Positions 1 to 8,701 are shown, numbered from the stretch's first letter. The stretch is 34,435 bases of DNA from Promethearchaeota archaeon (GCA_016839585.1 JAEOTZ010000013.1:1-34435); one strand, 5' to 3'. Numbers and translations: made by a program. The notes: generated by a model not told the origin, from the sequence alone.

Positions 1-63
1 AGGCATACCTTAGATCTGTTATCTAGTGAAATCTCTTTGGAGGAGATTATTAAATATTGTTGA
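1..63 (+). CDS. Possible 3' end of an upstream CDS (RHTLDLLSSEISLEEIIKYC*), truncated by the window edge
   Basis: Frame 1 is open from base 1 to TGA at 61-63, with protein-like composition. Too short to assign. Confidence 0.3.
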   Translation, partial: RHTLDLLSSEISLEEIIKYC

Positions 64-191
64 AATTTTTATTAAAAGTATCATACGATTGATAATCTGT
101 TTATAATGGGTAAATTTTTATTTTAGAATGAGTTATTTGATTTCATAGTTTTGATCAAATAATTGACTAGGTAAAATTTCTTAGAATTAAG

Positions 192-1382
192 ATGTTAATT
201 TCCTTCCCGAACATGGGTCCTAATTGGGTGGCTTTTAAAACTTTGTTCACAACCTTAGATCCATCAATTCAAGTTGTATTACCAGATCCTACTAATCGCG
301 AGGCAATTAAAATTGGTGTAAAATACAGTCCAGAGTTTGTATGTTTCCCATTTAAGGCAACTCTTGGTGATTTTGTGAATGCAATTAAAAAAGGTGCGGA
401 TACTTTAGTAATGGCAATTGATTGTGGCCCTTGTCGTTTCGGATTTTATCATGCTGTCCAAGAGCGCCTTTTACATGATATGGGCTATAAAAATGTGCGA
501 ATAATCCCCCTTGACCAGGCAGATCTCTTGGAATTTCACTGGGTCAAAACTCTCCAAGAAGTTAGCGGTATAAGTGGTCTTTTTTCATATCCTAGGTATT
601 TAAAAGCAGTGATTTTTTTCTTAAAAAAAGCTAAGCTCTTACATGATATTCAGACTGCCGAAGGGTTATTCCGCGCATATGAACGAAATCAAGGAGATAC
701 TACCTTTGTATTGAATAACTTATTAAATAAACTTGATCAAGCTAATACTCTTAAAGAATTACGTAATTTTAAAAATGTCATTAAAGAAGACTTTAATTCA
801 ATTGATGTTGACAAAACAAGAACTCCTTTACGGGTTGCAATATTTGGTGAAATTCATATTAGTTTAGAGCCATATGTTAATGTGGATATTCGTAGAAAAT
901 TTGGTGAATTAGGAGTTGAAGTTCATCAAAATTTAAGCCTTAAAGATTGGGTTTATCATAAATTTCACCTTAATTTTCATCGTAAGTGGCTTGAACATTT
1001 AGCACATCCATACATACCAATGGACATTGGAGGAGAATGCCTGTGGGTAATCGGTGAATATATAGATAGAGCCCAAAATGGTTTCTCAGGCTCATGTCAC
1101 ATATACCCCTTTACCTGTATGCCTGAAGTGACTGCTAGGACAATTATAACTAATAAATTAAAAAAAATATACGATCTTCCTATAATATTTTTCTCTTTTG
1201 ACGAACAAACTGGAATTGAAGGAATGAGGACGAGATTAGAAGCTTTTGTAGACCTAATGAATTCAAGACGCAACTATAAATTAAAAACTGAAAAAATTTC
1301 ACTTGAAAAAGAAAAAAAGAGTTTTTATGAATCATATGGATCACATTTTTTTCATGAATGTGTTGAATTATTACTAACATAA
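192..1382 (+). CDS. 2-hydroxyacyl-CoA dehydratase-like / CoA-activase partner subunit (Fe-S)
   Basis: Motifs PEFVCFPFK, GPCRFGFY, PFTCMPE and FDEQTG...TRLEAFVD are typical of the dehydratase-type domains that accompany BcrAD/BadFG activases. Directly upstream of an activase. Confidence 0.8.
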   Translation: MLISFPNMGPNWVAFKTLFTTLDPSIQVVLPDPTNREAIKIGVKYSPEFVCFPFKATLGDFVNAIKKGADTLVMAIDCGPCRFGFYHAVQERLLHDMGYKNVRIIPLDQADLLEFHWVKTLQEVSGISGLFSYPRYLKAVIFFLKKAKLLHDIQTAEGLFRAYERNQGDTTFVLNNLLNKLDQANTLKELRNFKNVIKEDFNSIDVDKTRTPLRVAIFGEIHISLEPYVNVDIRRKFGELGVEVHQNLSLKDWVYHKFHLNFHRKWLEHLAHPYIPMDIGGECLWVIGEYIDRAQNGFSGSCHIYPFTCMPEVTARTIITNKLKKIYDLPIIFFSFDEQTGIEGMRTRLEAFVDLMNSRRNYKLKTEKISLEKEKKSFYESYGSHFFHECVELLLT

Positions 1383-1397
1383 TAAAATTGTGATTGG

Positions 1398-2429
1398 ATG
1401 GTACAAGTTTCAGAAGCAGACAAGGTCGTTAGTGGCGATAAAAAGCGGGATGCTTTTCTTGGAATTGATATTGGGAGTGTAACATGTAAATTTGTTTTGA
1501 TGGACACAGACGGGAATGTTCTATCTTCTGTTTTCTTACGTAATCGGGGTTCTCCGATAGAATCAGCCAAAGCTGGGATGTCAAAACTAAGAGAAAATAT
1601 TGAACAGAGTGATGAATTACAAGAGTATGCAATACGTAGTTGTGGAACGACAGGTTCGGCAAGATATTTAACTAAAGCGGTAATTGGAGGAGATCTTGCT
1701 AAAACAGAAATTATTGCCCATGCTGTAGCAACCCAATCTATAATTCCAGATGTCAAGACTATTTTAGAAATCGGGGGACAAGACTCAAAAATAATAATTC
1801 TTCGAGATGGTATTATTATCGATTTTGCAATGAATTCTGTATGTGCTGCGGGAACAGGCTCATTCCTTGATCATCAAGCTGCGAGACTTGGAATCCCAAT
1901 CGAAGATTTTGGTGATTATGCGGTAAAATCTAAAAATCCAGTAAGTATTGCAGGAAGATGTACTGTATTTGCCGAATCTGATATGATCCATAAGCAGAAT
2001 GCGGGTTATTCAAAAGAAGATATCATTGCTGGGCTCTGTGATTCGTTGGTAAGAAATTATATGAATAATTTATCCAAAGGGAAGGAATTAGAGGAACCTA
2101 TTGCATTTCAAGGAGGAGTCTCTTATAATAAAGGAATTATTCAAGCATTTGAAAGGCATTTAGGTTGTAAGATTATTGTGCCTAAATATAATGTATTAAT
2201 GGGAGCTTTAGGAATGGCTATTCTCGTAAGAGATTATTATATAGAATATCCAACAAAAACACTCTTCCGAGGGCTCCAGGTTGCTGAAATTGAATTTACA
2301 ACAAGTGCATTCAACTGTGGTGATTGTCCAAACAATTGTGAGATTATACAAGTAAAAATGCCCGAATTTGGGAATAAGATAATAGCACGCTGGGGCAGTA
2401 GATGCGGAAAATGGGACCAACTAACTTAG
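1398..2429 (+). CDS. Acyl-CoA dehydratase activase (BadF/BadG/BcrA/BcrD ASKHA ATPase, [4Fe-4S])
   Basis: GIDIGS, EIGGQDSK, MNSVCAAGTGSFL, RCTVFAESD and QGGV motifs, plus a C-terminal CxxCxxxC...RC tail. Confidence 0.93.
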   Translation: MVQVSEADKVVSGDKKRDAFLGIDIGSVTCKFVLMDTDGNVLSSVFLRNRGSPIESAKAGMSKLRENIEQSDELQEYAIRSCGTTGSARYLTKAVIGGDLAKTEIIAHAVATQSIIPDVKTILEIGGQDSKIIILRDGIIIDFAMNSVCAAGTGSFLDHQAARLGIPIEDFGDYAVKSKNPVSIAGRCTVFAESDMIHKQNAGYSKEDIIAGLCDSLVRNYMNNLSKGKELEEPIAFQGGVSYNKGIIQAFERHLGCKIIVPKYNVLMGALGMAILVRDYYIEYPTKTLFRGLQVAEIEFTTSAFNCGDCPNNCEIIQVKMPEFGNKIIARWGSRCGKWDQLT

Positions 2430-2430
2430 A

Positions 2431-2435
2431 AGGTG
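2431..2435 (+). promoter_or_regulatory. Shine-Dalgarno-like AGGTG before the 64-aa ORF
   Basis: AGGTG lies 11 nt upstream of ATG 2447. GAGGT (2645-2649) lies similarly before ATG 2659. Confidence 0.45.
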
Positions 2436-2446
2436 TATAAAGGAAA

Positions 2447-2641
2447 ATGGCAGAATTTTTAAAACAAATAAAAGAGTTGGGTGAAGAGGTTTTTGAGACT
2501 CTACAACATAAGACGAAATTATCGACAATTTTTGATATATTTTTAGAAAAGATTATTCCTACATTTGTATCCGAAAAGGATTTAAAAGAGTATTATGAAA
2601 AAAGAATGGAAGAGGTTGATGATTTTATAGATAAATTATAA
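2447..2641 (+). CDS. Small acidic helical hypothetical protein (64 aa)
   Basis: 17-nt gaps on both sides, same strand as its neighbours, SD-like site upstream. Confidence 0.7.
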   Translation: MAEFLKQIKELGEEVFETLQHKTKLSTIFDIFLEKIIPTFVSEKDLKEYYEKRMEEVDDFIDKL

Positions 2642-2658
2642 TAAGAGGTATGTAAAAA

Positions 2659-3351
2659 ATGGAAGAAAATACACCAGTTTCAGAAGAAAAGGATAAGTTA
2701 GACACAAAAACACTTGCGACCGATGCCTTTTATGCAGCGGTTAAAGGTATTGGGGGATTATTCTTAAAAGCTTTTACAAACTTAACTATTGAAGGGGATG
2801 AGAATATTCCTATAAGGGGAAAGGCGATATTAACTACGGTTAGTAAGAATATTATGCGCGATATGCTTGTTATAAGTCAATTAAGTGGAAGAAAAATTCA
2901 TTTTATGTTAGATCCGAAATTAATGAAACATCAAATTGCTGGACCAGCTCTTAAAGCACTTGGAATGATCAGAGGTACTGAAAGTAAAGAAGATACGGAA
3001 CCTATAGACAAGGTTTTTGAAATTCTTAATGAAAAAGGTGATCTTGTAGCGATGACACCTGAGGCTAAATTGGATCGTGAAATCCAAATAAAATCTATGG
3101 CAGCAATAATTAAATTCGCTGTAGTAGGGGAAGCACCAATAATTCCGGTTGCGATTTTTACTGAAAAAACTAAGATTCTAAATTTGTTCACAGGAGATGG
3201 CTTAAAAGTAAAGGTTGGAACACCATTAAAAGTAGAGAAAAGATTAACTCGTGAAAAGTATCGTCCAGAAAGATATGAATTAGCAGAAGATATTATTAAT
3301 ATTATTGAGTCCCTTGTAGAACATCCTGAAATTGAAGAAAATGAAAATTAA
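2659..3351 (+). CDS. Lysophospholipid acyltransferase (PlsC-like) family protein with degenerate catalytic motifs
   Basis: IEGDENIP..G.AIL, IHFM, MTPEA (cf. FPEGTR), APIIPVAI and VKVGTPL match the PlsC-fold layout. The HX4D His is absent. Confidence 0.78.
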   Translation: MEENTPVSEEKDKLDTKTLATDAFYAAVKGIGGLFLKAFTNLTIEGDENIPIRGKAILTTVSKNIMRDMLVISQLSGRKIHFMLDPKLMKHQIAGPALKALGMIRGTESKEDTEPIDKVFEILNEKGDLVAMTPEAKLDREIQIKSMAAIIKFAVVGEAPIIPVAIFTEKTKILNLFTGDGLKVKVGTPLKVEKRLTREKYRPERYELAEDIINIIESLVEHPEIEENEN

Positions 3352-3376
3352 AAATTTTAATTTTTTTTAATATTTA

Positions 3377-4006
3377 TTATTTGCTCCAGTGAATGTAAAT
3401 CCACCATTGGAATTTTTTTTCTTTGTATATACCATCACATGTAGCAGCAAGTTCAAATCCATTGTATTCATGCCAAAAAGCCGAAGCTTTGTTAGCAAGA
3501 GGAACTTCTACTATAAACGCAACAATTGGAACTTCTGTATTTGTTAAAATTTGATTCAGGATAGCTGTTCCAACTCCTTTACGCTGGTAATCTGGTAATA
3601 TACTGATTTGGTCTAAATATGCGAATTTCTTTTCCTTTTTAGTGAGGAGTTCTTCTATATTTTTATCATTAGTATATAAATTATCTAAAGTTGTGCGGAA
3701 ATTCGCGATATTATATTTATTTTTATGAACGCTAGCAAATCCAATGATATCTCCATTTGTATTTTTTGCTACATAAATATCACAGTTTGGATCTTCAATA
3801 AGTTCCTTATAATACTTTATATCTACTTCTTTTCTTAAAAATCCACGATTTTCTAAATATTTTCTCTGTTTATTAGAGATCTTATCGAAATCATGTATTT
3901 CAATTAGATTTTCCTTAAGTGCATTATAAACACCTAAAGCATCCTTTGATTTAGCAATTTCAACTAATACTTCAATTTTCTGCGATTCTACATTTTTATC
4001 AACCAT
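3377..4006 (-). CDS. GNAT family N-acetyltransferase
   Basis: YLDQISILPDYQRKGVGT (motif A, QxxGxG) and N..S..W...GF (motif B). Confidence 0.88.
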   Translation of the reverse strand: MVDKNVESQKIEVLVEIAKSKDALGVYNALKENLIEIHDFDKISNKQRKYLENRGFLRKEVDIKYYKELIEDPNCDIYVAKNTNGDIIGFASVHKNKYNIANFRTTLDNLYTNDKNIEELLTKKEKKFAYLDQISILPDYQRKGVGTAILNQILTNTEVPIVAFIVEVPLANKASAFWHEYNGFELAATCDGIYKEKKFQWWIYIHWSK

Positions 4007-4190
4007 TTAAATCACTCATATATTTTTGAGATGTCAATGACTCTTAGAGCAATCGTATAATAGTCATAATACAAAGAATGATTTTTATATGTTTTTTTTT
4101 CTTACAAAAAGTTAAAATTCCAATAAGAAAAGTAGAATATTTTAAATTTATGTTATGATTAGAATTAGATAAAACATATTTTGAAGAAAA

Positions 4191-5588
4191 ATGTCATTTA
4201 CTACTGAACAAGAATATACATTCAAAGTTACTCTCGTGTTCTGGAAGTTTTATGAGTTAGGGTTTTATTTTGGTTTACCTGATGTAAGGAAGTTTCTAGA
4301 AAAAGAGAATTCTCTAAAAATATATAAGGATTATCATTGTGCGATTAAAAATAGAGAAACAGGATTTAAATATCATCAACCCTTAAAATGGATTTCAAGT
4401 CAATCACATTTATACGCTCCTGTGTGTTTTAAAATTGGTTCTGACAGATTTTCATGTGCAACAACTCCAAATGTTGTAGGAAAAATAAGATTAGAAGGAC
4501 ATATACATTATGGTTCAGTACTAGTAATTCATTGTGAGCTAATTTTTGAAAATTTTCATAAAATCGAGGAATTTATTGAGATTTCTCAACCAGAAAATTT
4601 AATTCTTCAAAGTACAGGACGTCCAATTACAGAAAGATTTATTGAAATCAGGGATAATGTTATAGGATTATTAAAACAAGGAAGCTTCCCTGAAAAACCA
4701 AAATTGGAATCCGTTTTGGAACCTTGGCACCATACATGGATTATATGGAATGCTAAACCAGATTTTAATAGAGCTGATTATAGATTTACTGGTAAAGAAA
4801 TTGGTAAAAATGCTAGATATTCTATAGGTCTTACTTTAAGAACTGATAAATATCGTGAATTGGATCCAATAGCTTACAGAGACCAAATTAATTTAAAGAA
4901 CTTATCTCCTTATAAAGATGAGTTTGTAATGATAACTCATGCTGGCAACGTGGTAATACCTGGTCCTGGTCTTTTGGATCCTAATTCCATGAAGAATTTA
5001 TTAATTGATACGGTATTTGCTCCAGAAGTTGGTAATGTACAAAGGTTTTTAATACTAATGCATATGGAAAACATTCTTACTGTTGCTGAAAGATTTGATA
5101 AAGTTATTTCAGAAACTAGAGCATTGGAAGAACAACTAACTTTGAGGGTAAAAATTGAAAGGCTAGAATCCCTTGAGTCAGAATTAAATCGAATTATTCT
5201 TGAGTTAAATAAAGATATTATCATATCAAAAATTACCCGTTTGTTATTTACAAGTACATTTAAAACCAGTATGTTTAATGAAATGATTGATAAATTAGAT
5301 GGTTTCACATTTTCAAAACAAACTGATGATGTAATAGCAAGAATTAGGAAATCATTAAATAGAGAAAGGAGTACTTTAAATACTAAATCTTCAGCAATAG
5401 AAAATAAATTTTTAGCAATCCTTAATTATCTTGCTCTATTTGAATTAGCAACTTTGGTGATCTCATTAGCTTTAGGTGATATCTTCCGAGAAGATATTCC
5501 TGGTATTGGCATAATTCAGATTGTTGTAGCATTATCTATAGTTATAATAGCAATTATATTATTAAGAATGCAAGAGAAGAAGTTATAG
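4191..5588 (+). CDS. Hypothetical membrane protein with a soluble N-domain, long helical stalk and two C-terminal TM helices
   Basis: 465-aa ORF with a heptad-rich segment, then hydrophobic FLAILNYLALFELATLVISLAL and IGIIQIVVALSIVIIAIILL. Confidence 0.75.
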   Translation: MSFTTEQEYTFKVTLVFWKFYELGFYFGLPDVRKFLEKENSLKIYKDYHCAIKNRETGFKYHQPLKWISSQSHLYAPVCFKIGSDRFSCATTPNVVGKIRLEGHIHYGSVLVIHCELIFENFHKIEEFIEISQPENLILQSTGRPITERFIEIRDNVIGLLKQGSFPEKPKLESVLEPWHHTWIIWNAKPDFNRADYRFTGKEIGKNARYSIGLTLRTDKYRELDPIAYRDQINLKNLSPYKDEFVMITHAGNVVIPGPGLLDPNSMKNLLIDTVFAPEVGNVQRFLILMHMENILTVAERFDKVISETRALEEQLTLRVKIERLESLESELNRIILELNKDIIISKITRLLFTSTFKTSMFNEMIDKLDGFTFSKQTDDVIARIRKSLNRERSTLNTKSSAIENKFLAILNYLALFELATLVISLALGDIFREDIPGIGIIQIVVALSIVIIAIILLRMQEKKL

Positions 5589-5651
5589 TAACTAAATGAG
5601 TTCCCTTTTTTTAATTCAAGTAAAATTATAATAAATAAAAATGGATTAATA

Positions 5652-6800
5652 ATGGTTGATTATATTAAAATAGCAGGAAATCCTGCTGAAAGAGGTTTCC
5701 AACAGGGAGAACAATTGAAGGATAAGATTCATAATATGTTTGATGTTGTCTTTCATTCAAAAATGTTTTCGGAAGTGACCTCTAAATTAATACCACTCTC
5801 AATAATTAAACTTGCGTTAGGTATTATGGGTAAAAAAAACATAAAGAAGCCCTTACAACAACATCTACCAAATCAGTATAATAAAATGATAGCTCTAAGT
5901 AAAGGTGCTAACATAAAAGGAAGTATCATTTATGGAAGTCATTTTATAGAAGTAATGTCAGGAAACCCAAAATCTCTTTACAAAAATCCTCCAGTTCAGG
6001 CATGTTCAATGATTTTCGCACTTCCTGAAGCTACTTCAGATAATTCAATGATCTTTGGGCGTAATTATGATTTTCCTAATGTCCTCCAACCTTTCCAGGT
6101 AATTCGCGAAGAAGTTCCTGATAATGGTTATAAAAATATAAATTTCACCCAATATCCTCTTACAGGTTGTCATATGGGAATAAATGAGGAAGGCTTATCA
6201 ATTGGTTATAACTATGGTCGCTCCTGGAAAAAAGAACCACTTGATTTTAGGCTAAGAGGTGTTCCTGGTTCTTTCATTGTACAAGAAGTGTTAGAAACTT
6301 GTGCAACAACCCAAGAAGCGATTGATTTTATTACTAAATTCACTGCTCGTGCAAATGGATGTCATTATGGGCTTATGGATGCTTCTGGAGACACTTGCGT
6401 TATAGAGACAACAAGTACTCGCTATGCCATTCGACGTCCAGAGGAGGGGATTTTAGCTCATACAAATCACTATCAAACTGAGGAACTCATTGATGCAAAT
6501 TTACCTGATTATGTACGCTTTAAAATGGATGATATGGATATTTCACCTATAGAATCTCCAATTAGACGTTATAAAAGAGAAATTGAGTTATTAACAGAAA
6601 AGAAGGGTCAAATTACTATGGATACAATTAAGATGATTTTAAGTGATCATGATAATAGAGAACCGGATGATTTTACAGTATGTACACATTCTTTTAGATT
6701 TGGTACACTTGGCTCTGTAATTATATTACCATTAAAAAAAGAATTCTGGGTTACCGATTATTATCCATGTAGTTCTGAATATGAAAAATTTATGTTATAA
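5652..6800 (+). CDS. C45 family autoproteolytic Ntn-hydrolase / acyl-CoA acyltransferase
   Basis: G.P.ERGFQQG N-terminus, QA|CS nucleophile Cys, GRNYD, GINEEGL and AHTNHY. Confidence 0.9.
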   Translation: MVDYIKIAGNPAERGFQQGEQLKDKIHNMFDVVFHSKMFSEVTSKLIPLSIIKLALGIMGKKNIKKPLQQHLPNQYNKMIALSKGANIKGSIIYGSHFIEVMSGNPKSLYKNPPVQACSMIFALPEATSDNSMIFGRNYDFPNVLQPFQVIREEVPDNGYKNINFTQYPLTGCHMGINEEGLSIGYNYGRSWKKEPLDFRLRGVPGSFIVQEVLETCATTQEAIDFITKFTARANGCHYGLMDASGDTCVIETTSTRYAIRRPEEGILAHTNHYQTEELIDANLPDYVRFKMDDMDISPIESPIRRYKREIELLTEKKGQITMDTIKMILSDHDNREPDDFTVCTHSFRFGTLGSVIILPLKKEFWVTDYYPCSSEYEKFML

Positions 6801-6864
6801 TTTTTATTATTTTTATTTAAAATTGCTAGTTTCGGTTCTCTTTTACTTTCAAGAACCTATTTTT
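6801..6864 (+). terminator. T-rich tract plus GGTTCT...AGAACC hairpin followed by a T run
   Basis: T-rich sequence right after the stop. Inverted repeat 6834-6839/6852-6857, then TATTTTT. Lies between convergent genes. Confidence 0.35.
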
Positions 6865-7007
6865 AAAAACTTAATCAGTATTTCTAAAACTTGTTGAAAA
6901 ATTTAATAAATTCTAAAACATAATAATCTGTTCTTCTAACAGAAGATTTAATAAACATGACGATAATACAGAAGATAATAGTAAGTAAGAATATAGAAAA
7001 GAGAGGC

Positions 7008-7847
7008 TTAAATCCTACTACAATTAAAATTAAAAAAGGTCCAAAATGATATTTTTCTAAACATCTTATTTACGCCTAGGTCATGTTTCAAAGAAATCTC
7101 CATAAATGATGATAAATTGTACTTTTTTCTAATTTTAATAGCTTCATGTTTCGATACTTCTCGACTTTTTAAATCTGCCTTATTTCCTACTAAGAAAATT
7201 GGTATATCTCCAGCACTTTCTCTTATCGTTTGAATATATTCGGATAAAGGCTTTAACGAATTTTTATTAGAAATATCATACATTACTATGGCACCATTAG
7301 ATCCATTACAATATAAGGGAAATAATGATACTTGATCTCCTAAAATCCAGAATTGAAAATTAATGAATTGCTCATCAATTACTACCATTTGTCGACCTAG
7401 TTCAACTCCCAACGTCCTTATATGATTACCATTAGATGCAAAACATTTTCTTGCTAAAAATTTTTTTCCGACGCCCTTATCTCCAATTACAATAATTTTA
7501 AATACTAATTCATCTCGAGAAGTGAAAATGAATTCTCCTTGTTCTATAGTCCTTTCAGTTGTGATTTCCTCAGGTGTAAGTATTACTTTTGGACGATGTC
7601 TCTTTTTTAGTCGAAATGTTAAAAACATTCCTTTTCTTTGAATTAAAAGCACAATAGCTACAATAATTAATATAATTCCAAAGATAATTCCAAAAACACC
7701 ATAAACAATTAATACTTCAAAATAGTATTCCTTAAGTGATAATCCAACATCCTCTTTCTGTTCCCAATAGCCAAATATTATAAATGCTGCAAGTAATATT
7801 AATGCTGACCCCAAACCCATTGATACTTCTTTTTTCTTCTTCTTCAT
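7008..7847 (-). CDS. Rab/Ras-like small GTPase domain fused to two N-terminal TM helices, with degenerate G1/G3
   Basis: FKIIVIGDKGVGK, TLGVE, FQFWILGDQ, GAIVMYDISN..S, IFLVGNKADL and FMEISLK. Two hydrophobic segments in residues ~10-70. Confidence 0.9.
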   Translation of the reverse strand: MKKKKKEVSMGLGSALILLAAFIIFGYWEQKEDVGLSLKEYYFEVLIVYGVFGIIFGIILIIVAIVLLIQRKGMFLTFRLKKRHRPKVILTPEEITTERTIEQGEFIFTSRDELVFKIIVIGDKGVGKKFLARKCFASNGNHIRTLGVELGRQMVVIDEQFINFQFWILGDQVSLFPLYCNGSNGAIVMYDISNKNSLKPLSEYIQTIRESAGDIPIFLVGNKADLKSREVSKHEAIKIRKKYNLSSFMEISLKHDLGVNKMFRKISFWTFFNFNCSRI

Positions 7848-7891
7848 GCTTCTAATCCTCCTGCTTCTAAACTTTTATTTTTCTTTCCCAT
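7844..7891 (-). other. 15-aa upstream ORF (MGKKNKSLEAGGLEA*) overlapping the GTPase start (ATGA)
   Basis: ATG at 7891 has a purine-rich GAGGAAGTGAG upstream. Its TGA (7846-7844) overlaps the GTPase ATG (7847-7845). Confidence 0.35.
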
Positions 7892-8043
7892 TTTTCTCAC
7901 TTCCTCTACTACTTATTATTTTCTTAAACTTTAAAATTTTAACCTATTAATATGACATATTAATTATATCCTAAATCTATGTTTTTTCTTTATATACTTT
8001 TAATAATACATAAATTCCAATGATAACTCAAGAATAAGTGAGG

Positions 8044-8157
8044 CATGGACCTTCTGCAGGAACCTTAGGATCCATAATTGTTCTTCCAACTAAAAAGGAA
8101 TTCTGGGTCACTGACAATTATCCATGTAATTCAGAATATGAGAAATTTTCATTTTAG
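8044..8157 (+). pseudogene. Orphan 3' fragment of a second C45-family gene (HGPSAGTLGSIIVLPTKKEFWVTDNYPCNSEYEKFSF*)
   Basis: Aligns ungapped to 6687-6800 with 26/37 identical residues. In-frame TAA at 8035-8037 just upstream. Confidence 0.85.
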
Positions 8158-8212
8158 AGCTATTTTGAAAATAAAATGATAAAAAAGTTTAAAAAAAAAG
8201 AATTAATTTAAT

Positions 8213-8701
8213 TTAATATCTTGTTCTAGTCGCTTGAATTCGCAATTTAGCTTTAGTTTTTTCTTTTTCATCTTGTAAAATAATATATTGTGTTTTTGAT
8301 GGCAACTTTATTTGAAATTCTTGTTCAGCAACAACTTGGTCCTTTTTCAAATGATCTTTTTCTCTTAGAATAACTTTTATTGTTTCTACCGCTGGGTCTT
8401 CCGCTCGGACTGTTTTGAATTGACTCCAAAGAGACATGTCTGCTCTCGATACAAACTCTTGATTTTTCTGTAATTTAATGGTTCCTTTATTTGGAAATCT
8501 AGCTTTAAAAACCTTAGGGCCGTCCACCTTAAAGTAGAATTCTCCACGCCATCCTAAAATATCATAATCTTTTAAAGTTTTTAAGCTCATCAATTCTATA
8601 CTGATTAAATATCGTTCTTTTTCCTCTCCTACTTGATCTTGAGTAAAAGCCTCACCCTTTGCGCGAGTTTTCTTTCCCTTAGCATAATACCTTCGACTAA
8701 T
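8213..8701 (-). CDS. C2-domain-like beta-sandwich protein; probable ATT start upstream of the ORF-track start (8593)
   Basis: The frame is open up to TGA at 8710-8708, reading GGTGA ATT ATT ATT AGT. Sequence has YLISIELMSLKTLKDYDILGWRGEFYFKV and IKVILREKDHLKKDQVV. Confidence 0.6.
   Translation of the reverse strand: MSRRYYAKGKKTRAKGEAFTQDQVGEEKERYLISIELMSLKTLKDYDILGWRGEFYFKVDGPKVFKARFPNKGTIKLQKNQEFVSRADMSLWSQFKTVRAEDPAVETIKVILREKDHLKKDQVVAEQEFQIKLPSKTQYIILQDEKEKTKAKLRIQATRTRY

Noticed and set aside
2447-2641. Acyl carrier protein
   Set aside because: No DSL-type serine attachment motif.
4037-4067. ATGACT...AGTCAT inverted repeat upstream of the GNAT gene as a SECIS or riboswitch
   Set aside because: The stem is only 6 bp, there is no adjacent UGA-containing selenoprotein ORF, and it matches no riboswitch consensus I know.
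6687-8157. The repeat pair as a DGR template/variable repeat or an att duplication
   Set aside because: Differences are mostly synonymous and not adenine-specific. No reverse transcriptase or integrase is present, and identity is too low for an att core.
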